A stretch of DNA of 64,000 bases from Pyrinomonadaceae bacterium (GTDB lineage: Bacteria > Acidobacteriota > Blastocatellia > Pyrinomonadales > Pyrinomonadaceae). Positions 1-8,994 of the stretch are shown here, one piece after another. Where the stretch lies: positions 52,835 through 116,834 of the forward strand of contig JBKBYA010000011.1 of NCBI GenBank assembly GCA_046313635.1, in the 5' to 3' direction. The notes under the pieces are model-generated. The model was given only the letters and a program-made list of their open reading frames with translations, did not search any database and was not told where the DNA came from. Made by a program: the position numbers and the translations under genes. How positions within the stretch are numbered: position 1 is the first letter of the stretch; each line of letters opens with the position of its first letter.

Positions 1-1
1 G

Positions 2-1132
2 ATTCGCCTGCTCCAGCAGGGCTACCGCGTCGCCGTTGCGACCCGCACGATGAACGCCGCCGGACGCAACTGGAACCGCGGCACATTTGTCGTCCGCATG
101 ACCCGCAACAGCGACTCGGCCCACGACGCCGTCGCCAAGCTTGCCGGCGAGCTCGGCGTTCGCGTTTTTGCCGCAAATACGGGCTTCGCAGACGAAGGCG
201 ACACGGGCGTCGGCGGCGAGGCCGTGGTCTCGCTGCAGGCGCCGAAGATCGCGATGCTCGCCGACGAGGCGGTCGATCAGACGTCGTACGGCTCGATCTG
301 GTGGACATTCGACCGCTACGGGATAAAGTTCACGTCGATGACCGCCTCGAGCATCCGCGGCGGAGCGCTGAAGGGCTACAACGTCCTGATCCTGCCCGAC
401 GGCTCGGCAAGCCGATATATGTCGCTCTTCGGCAACGGCGGAGTCTCGACTCTCAAGAGCTTTGCATCCGAAGGCGGTACGGTCGTCACCGTCCGCGGAG
501 CGTCGGTCTTTGCAGCATTAAAGGATGTCGGTCTGACGACCTCGAAACTCGTCGGCAGCGCCGACGACGAAGACAAGGGCAAGTCCACGCTCGACGAACC
601 CGCCGCAGCGAAGCCGTCACCCACACCCACGCCCGCAGCCAAACCCGGCGCCAAGCGCGAGCTCGCCGAAACAAATCCGAATCCGACCGTCGAGATGCGC
701 ACCGACAAGGACGACGGCGTCGCACCCGCGCTTCCGCCCATCGCTTCGCCGTCCGCCAACGCGAACAAGGTCCCCGAGGCCCTGCCCGGCTCGATAATGC
801 GCGCGACCGTCGATCGTACGACGTACCTGACCTACGGTATCGAGCAGGACGAGCTGCCGGTGCTGCTCGCGAGCGGCTACTTTTTTAGATACTCAAAAGA
901 GGGCAGCAACGCGCTCGTCTTTGCCGCAAATCCGGAAAGACCTTTGACGATCTCTGGTTTTGTCTGGGAGGGCAACACCGAACGCCTGCTCGCCGGCACC
1001 GCGTACGTCATCGACGAGTCGACCGGCGCGGGCCACGTCATCCTGTTCGCCGAGGAGCCCTTCTTCCGCGGGATCTTTCGCTCGACCACCCGGCCCTTTA
1101 TGAACTCGATACTTTTTAACGGCGCGTTCTGA
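2..1132 (+). CDS. C-terminal part of a probable M14 zinc carboxypeptidase-family protein (GATase-like C-terminal region); 5'-truncated by the window edge
   Basis: Frame is open from base 2 (IRLLQQGYRV...). Motifs 'YGSIWWTFD', 'YNVLILPDG' and 'GHVILFAEEPFFRG' resemble the C-termini of large secreted M14 peptidases. The catalytic domain is not in the window. Confidence 0.6.
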   Translation: MRLLQQGYRVAVATRTMNAAGRNWNRGTFVVRMTRNSDSAHDAVAKLAGELGVRVFAANTGFADEGDTGVGGEAVVSLQAPKIAMLADEAVDQTSYGSIWWTFDRYGIKFTSMTASSIRGGALKGYNVLILPDGSASRYMSLFGNGGVSTLKSFASEGGTVVTVRGASVFAALKDVGLTTSKLVGSADDEDKGKSTLDEPAAAKPSPTPTPAAKPGAKRELAETNPNPTVEMRTDKDDGVAPALPPIASPSANANKVPEALPGSIMRATVDRTTYLTYGIEQDELPVLLASGYFFRYSKEGSNALVFAANPERPLTISGFVWEGNTERLLAGTAYVIDESTGAGHVILFAEEPFFRGIFRSTTRPFMNSILFNGAF

Positions 1133-1181
1133 GCTTTGATAGAATCGAAATATCAAAGCTAGGGAGTGTTAAATAAGTCAT

Positions 1182-1667
1182 ATGTTCACGGTTAGGGCGG
1201 GTTACAGCGATCAGATCGAGGTCAGGACAAGTGCGGACAAAGTGCGCGAATTCTTTGCGGATTATCGAAATTTCGTCGAATTGATGCCGGGCATCAATTC
1301 GATCCACACGGACGCGAAAGGTGTCGCTCACTGGAAGATACAGGCTGAAATACCTTTGGTCGGCCAAATGATCCAAAAATTCGCCGTCGAGCTCGCCGAG
1401 GCCACGGAAGAAAGGATCGAGTGGTTTCCCGTAAGATCGGAGGCGCAGAATTTCTTAAGGTATTCGGCGGACTTTTTGGAAAAGGCCCGAAACGTTACTG
1501 TCGTTCAGTTCACTCAAATGGTAGAGCTCCGACGCCGCTCGGCCCGTGAGCTGCATATGCTGGCGGGCGTCGTCGGTGAATCCGTGATCAGTAACGAGAT
1601 GAGCAAAAAGATCTCCGAGATGATCCGCACCTTCATCCAACGGGCAAAAGAGAAGCTTGAAAAATAG
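1182..1667 (+). CDS. SRPBCC/CoxG-like (START-fold) protein
   Basis: 161 aa. The 'VREFFADYRNFVELMPG' N-terminal signature and long C-terminal helix are typical of SRPBCC. Confidence 0.7.
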   Translation: MFTVRAGYSDQIEVRTSADKVREFFADYRNFVELMPGINSIHTDAKGVAHWKIQAEIPLVGQMIQKFAVELAEATEERIEWFPVRSEAQNFLRYSADFLEKARNVTVVQFTQMVELRRRSARELHMLAGVVGESVISNEMSKKISEMIRTFIQRAKEKLEK

Positions 1668-1720
1668 ATGATTTGAATTTCTTTTTTTCGCAAAAACCTC
1701 GTTCAGTTCCGCGTTAGGGG

Positions 1721-1771
1721 TTGACGAGGTTTTTATTTTGCCCTATTCTCTTATTGAAATTGATTTTCAAT
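1721..1771 (+). promoter_or_regulatory. sigma70 promoter (TTGACG-17bp-TATTCT) followed by a Fur-family box ATTGAAATTGATTTTCAAT
   Basis: -35 at 1721-1726, -10 at 1744-1749. A 19-bp AT-rich inverted repeat (ATTGAAA-N5-TTTCAAT) at 1753-1771 covers the expected start site. A ferritin-like gene is adjacent. Confidence 0.7.
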
Positions 1772-1778
1772 TTCTCGT

Positions 1779-2057
1779 ATGCAGAACACAAAAGCTCACA
1801 ACCTGCTCCCGGTCGCTGCCGATGACAAAATGATCGAGGTCGCGATCGAAGGCGATGAGGCCGTCGTTAAATTGGCTACGTGGACCGATGGACTCGGATG
1901 GTCGACCCAAAAAACGATGGTGCTCGACGAGACCCTTCTAGAGGAAATGAGCCGGCTCTTGACGGCCGCCAGAGCGCGTTTGAAAGCGCAAAGGTCAGAT
2001 GAAGAGAGTCGCCATGCTCCAGTGTCGCGGGTACTTAAGTTCCCCGTTTTGAGTTAG
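1779..2057 (+). CDS. hypothetical 92-aa protein, probably Fur-regulated
   Basis: ORF lies immediately after the promoter/Fur box and is followed by a terminator hairpin. Confidence 0.7.
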   Translation: MQNTKAHNLLPVAADDKMIEVAIEGDEAVVKLATWTDGLGWSTQKTMVLDETLLEEMSRLLTAARARLKAQRSDEESRHAPVSRVLKFPVLS

Positions 2058-2075
2058 ATCTGCCGTCAAATGATC

Positions 2076-2106
2076 AAGGGTCGAACCGGATTTCGGTTCG
2101 ACCCTT
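2076..2106. terminator. bidirectional intrinsic terminator
   Basis: Perfect 13-bp stem AAGGGTCGAACCG-GATTT-CGGTTCGACCCTT between convergent genes. Confidence 0.8.
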
Positions 2107-2131
2107 TATTATTGTCGCAGGCTTTGTCCTC

Positions 2132-2593
2132 CTAGCTGACCTCTCTGAGTATTATCCTGTCCGAGTTTACGCGAGCCTGACGCTCAGAGGTCAGTTTTTC
2201 GAGTTCCTCGACGTGCATCTGCTCGTCCGCGATGCGGCCTTCGAGCCAGAATTTGGTCGGCAGGTCCTGGTCGTCGCAGCTTCCCCACGCCGACATATAT
2301 GCCGCGATCGCGTCGCGCTCGAGCTGCAGGTCCTGCTGCAGCATATCCTTAAGCTCGACGGCCTGCCGGATCATCGCGGGCTCGACCGTCGGGATGCCGC
2401 CGAGAGCGACGATCTTGTCGCCGAGTTCCTCGGCGTGATCTTGCGCCTCCGAGGCCTGAGCACGGAAAAAATCCTTAAAGACCTGGCGGTCGGGCCCGGT
2501 GACGAGATAGCTGTGCTGCGAGTATTGAATGACGCCCGCGAGTTCAAAACTCAAAGCCTGATTTAGATTGTCGATCAATTCTGCCCGTGCCAT
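2132..2593 (-). CDS. ferritin-like / bacterioferritin-family protein
   Basis: Diiron ligand pattern FELAGVIQY...EAQDH...LERDAI...DEQMH and 'KIVALGGIP'. The heme-ligand Met of classical Bfr is not evident. Confidence 0.85.
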   Translation of the reverse strand: MARAELIDNLNQALSFELAGVIQYSQHSYLVTGPDRQVFKDFFRAQASEAQDHAEELGDKIVALGGIPTVEPAMIRQAVELKDMLQQDLQLERDAIAAYMSAWGSCDDQDLPTKFWLEGRIADEQMHVEELEKLTSERQARVNSDRIILREVS

Positions 2594-2712
2594 TTGTTTC
2601 TCCTCTGTTGCGGTCTTGACAATGCAAAGACTAGCAAAAGCACGGCGGCCGCGTCAATTAAATCTAATGTTTTCAATTAATTAGTATCGACTTTCATTTT
2701 CAAGAAGCTTAC

Positions 2713-3462
2713 CTATGTCACGGCGCCGCCGTCGACGATGACGATCTCCCCGTTCATAAAACTGTTGCGGTCACTCGCCATAAAGGCCGCGTACTCGGCT
2801 AGTTCGCCTGGACGCCCCAGTCGTCCCTTCGATACCCAGAAGTCGTGCATCTGCAGCAGTCTCTCCGGCAGAGTGTTGCCGAGGTCGGTATCGAATATAC
2901 CGGCCGCGATCGCGTTGACCGTGATGCCAAAATTCGCCGCCTCTCGAGACAGGCATTTGGTAAATCCGATCATGGCCGCCTTGGACGTCGCGTAGTGGAC
3001 GCTTGTCGGCAGGCTGCGGATCGCTCCGACCGAGGTGATGTTGAGGATCGAGCCCGCCCTTTCACGGATCATCTGCTTGTAGAACGGCTTTGTGACCGCG
3101 AAGAGGCTGTTGACGTTTGTGTCGATCACCCAATCCCACGACTTATCGGTGGTAGTAGCAAAATTATCGGCCTTGTTCACCGCTGCATTGTTGACCAGCA
3201 CGTTGATCGGGCCCCATTCCTGCAGCAGCTCGCGCGCGACGTGCTTCATCCCGTAGCGGTCGGTCACCGAGACCTTGAACGACCGCGCCCGGCGGCCTAG
3301 TGCCTCGATCTTATCGCGTACCTGTGCGGCCAGGTCGTCGCTCGAGTGGTAATTGAATGCTACGTCGGCTCCCTCGCGTGCAAATACCTCGCATATCGCC
3401 GCTCCGATGCCGCGCGTACCGCCAGACACAAAGGCACGCTTTCCTTCGAGTAAAAGAGTCAA
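2713..3462 (-). CDS. 3-oxoacyl-ACP reductase-like short-chain dehydrogenase (FabG family)
   Basis: SGGTRGIG, NNAA, YATSK and VDGG motifs. Confidence 0.85.
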   Translation of the reverse strand: MTLLLEGKRAFVSGGTRGIGAAICEVFAREGADVAFNYHSSDDLAAQVRDKIEALGRRARSFKVSVTDRYGMKHVARELLQEWGPINVLVNNAAVNKADNFATTTDKSWDWVIDTNVNSLFAVTKPFYKQMIRERAGSILNITSVGAIRSLPTSVHYATSKAAMIGFTKCLSREAANFGITVNAIAAGIFDTDLGNTLPERLLQMHDFWVSKGRLGRPGELAEYAAFMASDRNSFMNGEIVIVDGGAVT

Positions 3463-3556
3463 TTTTAGATTCTCCGCCTGCGTTTCAGATCTGAGTTATT
3501 AACCAAATTTAGAGGTTAAATAAATCGGTCCACCGTGACAAGTCGGTCGGCGCCGC

Positions 3557-3571
3557 TGGCATACGCATTGC
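3557..3571 (+). promoter_or_regulatory. sigma54 (-24/-12) promoter candidate
   Basis: TGGCATACGCATTGC has GG-N10-GC spacing and lies upstream of the 3762 ORF. Confidence 0.55.
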
Positions 3572-3761
3572 CCTGTTTGCATGTCAGAGGCGGGCACCGT
3601 GGTCGTTCCACGCAGTATCTTCGGGGTTTAGGGGCCGTCGTCGATCGGGCCGCCGCCGATCTTACTAAAGTTTGTCAATTCGCACGTGACAAAATTTGTC
3701 GCCGCGTCGCCCATGCCGGCAGCCTGGCTTTCGAAACACCCAACGATCAAGTAGGCACAAT

Positions 3762-4682
3762 ATGTCCATATCCACCGATGCAGTCAATGTCGCTCCCGAG
3801 CGTCTGATGCAGATCAACAGGCTCATCCGCGTCGCGGGCACCGAGGCTGTCAGACTCCGCATCGTCGAGCGCTTCCTCTCGGAGGTCGAACGCAGGATCA
3901 TGAAGATCTCGACGCTTGTCTTTGACGTCGAGCGTGTACGAACGGCGATCCAGATCCTGAAGGAGCTCTCGGTCGAGGATGATGAGGAGGTATGCTTCGA
4001 GGCGGAATTTCGACTTGAGCAGGAATTCAAGCTTTGGCGCACTCTCATCGAGCAGCGTGACGCCCAGATCGAGACCTACCATTACCGGCGGTTCATCGAC
4101 TCGACGATCGAGCCGCTCAGCGACGAGATATTTATTTCACTGACATTGTTCTATCGCACGATACCGTTCACGCCGTCGTCGCAGAGCAAATTTGACCTCG
4201 CGGTGACACGGCTGTTCACCGGTCCAAGAACGAGCGAGATCCGCACGCCGCGCTTCTCGCGCGAGGAGATGGCCGCGAAACTCACTACGCTTTACGCGAA
4301 TGCCGGATGTCCCGCGGGCGACGCAGGCGACACCGAGGCCGCGGTGGCAACGATCGACGCCTTTATCGGTGAAGCGCGAAGCTTCGAGAACGTCGAGGAC
4401 CTCATACAGTCGGGGATCTTCGGCCGATATAGACAATTCAAACGCGAGCTTGCGGAACGCTTTTTTGAGCCCGAAATAATTGCGGCCGGCATCGAGTGCA
4501 ACTTGGTATTCGGCAACTCGTTCGATCTGCTCCTCAAGCGGGCAAAGGGCGGGCTGAGCGAAAAGCTCACCGGCGGGGTCGACCTTGTGGGTGTACTTCA
4601 CGACGCCGCGCCCGGAGCACGCGAGCATGTCAGCGATCTGCTGTCTAAGATGTTCAGGGTTGAGGACAACGATAGCGACTGA
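3762..4682 (+). CDS. hypothetical all-helical protein
   Basis: Long ORF with genome-typical codon usage. The ATG at 3762 is preferred over 3696. No family recognised. Confidence 0.7.
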   Translation: MSISTDAVNVAPERLMQINRLIRVAGTEAVRLRIVERFLSEVERRIMKISTLVFDVERVRTAIQILKELSVEDDEEVCFEAEFRLEQEFKLWRTLIEQRDAQIETYHYRRFIDSTIEPLSDEIFISLTLFYRTIPFTPSSQSKFDLAVTRLFTGPRTSEIRTPRFSREEMAAKLTTLYANAGCPAGDAGDTEAAVATIDAFIGEARSFENVEDLIQSGIFGRYRQFKRELAERFFEPEIIAAGIECNLVFGNSFDLLLKRAKGGLSEKLTGGVDLVGVLHDAAPGAREHVSDLLSKMFRVEDNDSD

Positions 4683-4699
4683 CCTGACGGCGATCGAAA

Positions 4700-5890
4700 C
4701 TAGGCTGCCTGCGCTTTTGCGGCCGACGTTCCTTTCGGAAGCATTGCTGCGATCTCGCGGACGATCTGCTCGGTCGAATTGGGCATCGTCAGTCCGGCGG
4801 TCGCAGCTTTCATTTGAAAATACTTTTGCCGGTCGGCCGCAAGCTCCCTGATCGCCGGAACTATATCGGCGGGCCTTTTCAGCAATATTCCCGCCCCGCG
4901 CTTTTCGAGCAGCTTGACGGTGCCCGCCTCTTGCGGCATCGGCGGCGTGATCGCGTCGGCGATGATCGGGAGGCGGCAGGCGAGCGCTTCGAAGGTGGTC
5001 AGGCCGCCGAGCTTCGAGACCATGACATTCGCCGAATGCATTAGTCGTTCGATCTCGTCCGAGTAACCGATCACACGTACGGGAAAGCGGGCGGTCTTTG
5101 CGATCTGCTCGGCCTCGCGGCGCAGGTCCTCGTTTTTCCCTGCGAGAAAAATGGCCTGTACGTCCAACTCGCCGCGGACGAGCTCCCTGAATATCTGCGG
5201 AATGTTGCCGCCGCCGACCCATCCCGCATTTACAAAAACGGTAAATTTGTCAGGGTCGAGGCCGTAGGCACGCCGCGCGCTCTGAGCGGCAGCTTCGTCG
5301 ACCTCGCGAAACTTCGGATGGACCGGCATGCCTGAGATCTTGATCTTTTCGGACGAGACGCCGTAGTCGAGCAGCTGCTGCCGCGCGTCCTCGTTCGCGA
5401 CCAGATAGAGCGAGACGTCGTCGCACGCCCATCCCTTCCAAAACCCGTAGCATGGATCGGTCACGACCGTCACGAGCGGGATCTGGTCCGCAAGATCGAG
5501 GTCCTTTAGCACGCGAGCAAAGAAATGCTGTGTCAGCGGATGCACGCTTACTACGATGTGCGGGCACCATTTTTCAAAGATCTCGTGGGCATAGGCGAGA
5601 CAACGCTTGTGAAAGAACTCGCGCGTCTCGGGCCGAAAGCGATTGACGATCCAATAGAGATACTTCATCCAGCCCTGGCGATGGCGAAGAACCCAGTTAT
5701 AGAGATCGACGAGACGCTCGGTGATGTGATGAGACTCTTCGACCGCTCTGATCACTCTCACGGCGGCGGACTCGCCCTGCCAGAAGCGCTGCACGCCCTC
5801 GACCAACGCCTGAGCGGCGGAACGATGCCCGCCGCCGGTGTCGGATGAGATGATCAGGATTTTTGGGTTATTAGTAGGCATCGAGGACAA
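4700..5890 (-). CDS. MGDG synthase / UgtP-like diacylglycerol glycosyltransferase (GT28)
   Basis: 'SSDTGGGHRSAA', 'VVSVHP', 'VTVVTD', 'SKLGGLT' and 'PQEAG' motifs. The start may be a downstream Met. Confidence 0.85.
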   Translation of the reverse strand: MSSMPTNNPKILIISSDTGGGHRSAAQALVEGVQRFWQGESAAVRVIRAVEESHHITERLVDLYNWVLRHRQGWMKYLYWIVNRFRPETREFFHKRCLAYAHEIFEKWCPHIVVSVHPLTQHFFARVLKDLDLADQIPLVTVVTDPCYGFWKGWACDDVSLYLVANEDARQQLLDYGVSSEKIKISGMPVHPKFREVDEAAAQSARRAYGLDPDKFTVFVNAGWVGGGNIPQIFRELVRGELDVQAIFLAGKNEDLRREAEQIAKTARFPVRVIGYSDEIERLMHSANVMVSKLGGLTTFEALACRLPIIADAITPPMPQEAGTVKLLEKRGAGILLKRPADIVPAIRELAADRQKYFQMKAATAGLTMPNSTEQIVREIAAMLPKGTSAAKAQAA

Positions 5891-5904
5891 AATTAACAGG
5901 TTTT

Positions 5905-6585
5905 TCAGTCGCTCAAATACTTGGCAAATTCCTTTTCAACTTCAACCAATCGCACCCGGACTACTTCGGCCTCTGCAACGAGTCCTACCGACCTCAACAT
6001 GTCATAATGAGCCCTGAGCGTATCCCTCAATCTGCCGGGGTAGGAAAATCTGATCTCGTCACTTTCGACGCCAATACTGACGAAGGCCGCACGATACGTG
6101 CGTTCGGCTTTCTCGTAATATGCACGTGCGGATTGGATATCGTTGGATAAGCGGTAAGCGTGTCCCAAAAACGAAAGGATGTCGGCAGTATCTGCATCGG
6201 GCTCACTCGAATATGTTTCCCTGATTTCGACCGCCCTATTAAACAGTGGAATGGCCTCCTTCTGCCTCTGTTGCAAGAGCAACGCTATACCAAGAGAAAC
6301 TCGAGCGCCTGACCGTTCAAGCAGCCGGTTAACCGGCAACTTCTCAGCTAACGAAATTGCGAGCTTGCACGATGACTCAGCCTTTATCCACTCCTTTGCT
6401 TTCAGAAATGCTCGGCATCGATCATCTTCCGCAAAAAACGCGCGATTTATACGGCCTGTCTCGCGCTCAGTTTTTAATCTTCTCTCGACCTCTTTCTGGT
6501 TCGTAGTGGCTGTTACCGTCACCTGTTGTGGAAAGGTAGCGGTGCTCAATAACGAGATTGCGAAAACGAAAAGAAGTGGTTTCAT
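5905..6585 (-). CDS. secreted TPR-repeat protein (lower GC than flanks)
   Basis: Signal peptide MKPLLFVFAISLLSTATFP and TPR-like 'EAIPLFNRAVEI', 'ARAYYEKA'. Confidence 0.7.
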   Translation of the reverse strand: MKPLLFVFAISLLSTATFPQQVTVTATTNQKEVERRLKTERETGRINRAFFAEDDRCRAFLKAKEWIKAESSCKLAISLAEKLPVNRLLERSGARVSLGIALLLQQRQKEAIPLFNRAVEIRETYSSEPDADTADILSFLGHAYRLSNDIQSARAYYEKAERTYRAAFVSIGVESDEIRFSYPGRLRDTLRAHYDMLRSVGLVAEAEVVRVRLVEVEKEFAKYLSD

Positions 6586-6611
6586 CGGAAACTGTGCTCC
6601 GGATCCTTTTC

Positions 6612-7775
6612 TCAGGCCTTCGATACAACTTCTCGACCAGCCGCAAAGCCATTCATTTCCTTCGCCGCCTTCTTCATCTGCTTTTCAAGACGCTTGATCT
6701 TGATCAGATGGCCCGGGTTGAAGGGCAGCGACGGGTAATAGCAGTTTGACTCGTGCGTGCAGTGGCAGCCGCCAGCGATCTCTTTGCGGCGGGCCTTCAT
6801 CAGGTCGGACGTCCATGCAGCCTGGAAGTTCCAATCGTAATCGCGCAGATTCAAAACGTCGGCCTTGTTCTCGCACGACGACAGCGAACCCGTATCGTAG
6901 ATCACCGCTCCGGCACTGCCGGCGTAGCATTTGAGCTGGGCCTTGTTCTCCTCTTTGGTCCTCGCGATGACGTCGTGCATGTAGATGTCGACCGCGGCCT
7001 TGAAGATACCGGACTTGCCGCCGTAGTTATTTTTGAGCGCGGCATTCTTGGTGTCTTCGAGGATCATGTGCGAAAGCTCGGCGTAGCGTTTGTGATCGAA
7101 TTCGAGCTCCTTCGGGTCGGCCGACGGCGGGCGAATATAGTTGATGTTCACCTTATCGGGCTTGAGGTCGTACTTCAAGAAGTCGTACCAGTCGAAGATC
7201 GTATCTTCGTTCGAATGCATCACACAGGTACAGGTCTGGATGTCGAGCCGCGGGTACTGCTCGCGCTTCATCTGCTGCAGCGTGCGGGCAGTGTGGATCG
7301 CCTTGTCCCAGCTTCCCTCTTTGCGGCGGATCTTTTCGTGAGCGTCTTTCATCCCGTCTATGCCGAGTGCGACCGTGACGTTGAGATTCGGGCACTCGTC
7401 GAGAATGCGCGTCACATCCGGAAATATACGCTGGTGGATCTGGCCGTTCGACATCAGGTAGACCGAATCGAGTTTGTTGTTCTCGTAAAAGGCCCGCACG
7501 ATCTCAGGCAGGTCCTTGCGCGTGAATGGCTCGCCGCCGGCGAGTACGAGCACGCCGAGATTGCCGCCGAGCGTCTCCGATATGCGGGCGATCTCGTCCG
7601 CCTTCATCTGCAGCTTCTTGCGCGGCCTGTCGTCGAGCTCCTCGGTGAAAAAGCAATGCGTGCATCGCATATCGCAGACGCTCGTCACAAGGATATTCAG
7701 AAACACCGGCGAGATCGGCCGACCGACCACCATCGAGGCGTATCGCTTGAAAATTTCCTTTGTAGCAAAATCCAT
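6612..7775 (-). CDS. radical SAM protein with C-terminal SPASM/twitch domain
   Basis: CDMRCTHC, GGEPF, and a C-terminal CYAG...SCE...CHCTHESNC cluster. Confidence 0.9.
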   Translation of the reverse strand: MDFATKEIFKRYASMVVGRPISPVFLNILVTSVCDMRCTHCFFTEELDDRPRKKLQMKADEIARISETLGGNLGVLVLAGGEPFTRKDLPEIVRAFYENNKLDSVYLMSNGQIHQRIFPDVTRILDECPNLNVTVALGIDGMKDAHEKIRRKEGSWDKAIHTARTLQQMKREQYPRLDIQTCTCVMHSNEDTIFDWYDFLKYDLKPDKVNINYIRPPSADPKELEFDHKRYAELSHMILEDTKNAALKNNYGGKSGIFKAAVDIYMHDVIARTKEENKAQLKCYAGSAGAVIYDTGSLSSCENKADVLNLRDYDWNFQAAWTSDLMKARRKEIAGGCHCTHESNCYYPSLPFNPGHLIKIKRLEKQMKKAAKEMNGFAAGREVVSKA

Positions 7776-8017
7776 AATCGTGTCTATTTAGGGTGATCCG
7801 ACCTGCGTTGGATGTAGCGGCGAGCCGCAACGTTTAACTTTATCTTATGCGTCTGCAATTACCAATCAGGTCGCCCGCGGCAGCCGTCGCCGAGCGACGC
7901 AGGACAGGCTTGTGAAACATGTGCGTACTGGGTATCATATGCCGAATCTCTTACCGGCCGAGCGGCCTGATTAAGTTGTAACCCGTCTTTATTTTGAGTT
8001 TTCGAGGAGGACTACGA

Positions 8018-8920
8018 GTGAAACGAGTACTTTTGATCCTTGTCGCTGCTATCGCTGCAGCGTCTGCAGTCGGCTTTCAGAGCGATGCGATGGCTCCCGT
8101 TCCGAGGGCGGATAAGGGCGGCAATTCACCGTTCAAAGGCGAGCGATTCTGCCCGGTGAACCCGAGCCCGGAAGAGATTGCTTTGATGGAAAGCGACTTT
8201 TTGTCGCGTAAGGCCGATCGCGCTTCGTTTGGATCTGCCGACGACGTGACAGGTGGAACGATCAATGTCTACTTCCACGTCATCACCAATACGGCGGGCG
8301 ACGGCAATGTGAGCGATCAGCAGATCAGAGACCAAATGCAGGTGCTCAACAATGCTTATGCTCCGTGGGGCTGGGCTTTTAATCTAGTATCCACTTCGCG
8401 CACGGCCAACAACACTTGGTACACGGCGACCAACGGAACCACCGCCGAACGGCAGATGAAGGAGGCTCTCAGACAGGGCACGGCCGACGACCTCAACATT
8501 TACACCAACAACATGGGCGGCGGCCTGCTCGGCTGGGCGACGTTCCCGTCGAGCTACGCGAGCAATCCAAAGAACGACGGCGTCGTAGTTCTTTACTCGT
8601 CGCTGCCCGGCGGTTCGGCCGCTCCGTACAATCTCGGTGACACCGCAACACACGAGGTCGGCCACTGGATGGGGCTTTATCACACATTTCAAGGCGGGTG
8701 CTCGAACTCGGGCGATCTGGTCAGCGATACTCCGGCCGAGCGCTCGCCGGCCTATGGCTGCCCGGTCGGTCGCGACAGCTGCTCGGGCCGCAAATATCCC
8801 GGACTCGATCCGATCGAGAATTTTATGGACTATACGGACGACGCATGCATGGACCAGTTCTCGGCCGGACAGGATTCGCGGATGGACGCGCAGTTCACGA
8901 CGTACCGTTTCGGAAAGTAA
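8018..8920 (+). CDS. secreted M43 (ulilysin/pappalysin-like) zinc metalloprotease
   Basis: [18 protein letters not shown] Met-turn and a signal peptide. GTG start follows a GAGGAGG RBS. Confidence 0.92.
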   Translation: MKRVLLILVAAIAAASAVGFQSDAMAPVPRADKGGNSPFKGERFCPVNPSPEEIALMESDFLSRKADRASFGSADDVTGGTINVYFHVITNTAGDGNVSDQQIRDQMQVLNNAYAPWGWAFNLVSTSRTANNTWYTATNGTTAERQMKEALRQGTADDLNIYTNNMGGGLLGWATFPSSYASNPKNDGVVVLYSSLPGGSAAPYNLGDTATHEVGHWMGLYHTFQGGCSNSGDLVSDTPAERSPAYGCPVGRDSCSGRKYPGLDPIENFMDYTDDACMDQFSAGQDSRMDAQFTTYRFGK

Positions 8921-8944
8921 CCGTTTCGGCAGGACACCACTCGG

Positions 8945-8970
8945 AGCGGGACCACGGCGTCCCGCTTTTT
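8945..8970 (+). terminator. intrinsic terminator
   Basis: AGCGGGAC...GTCCCGCT stem followed by a T-run. Confidence 0.65.
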
Positions 8971-8994
8971 GTTTTACTGCGATAGAATTCTCTT

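Noticed and set aside
6612..7775. Radical SAM/SPASM enzyme as RiPP maturase for the GIIVAG peptide
   Set aside because: It is separated from the peptide by two unrelated genes, the peptide has a Sec signal rather than a RiPP leader, and no RRE domain is evident.
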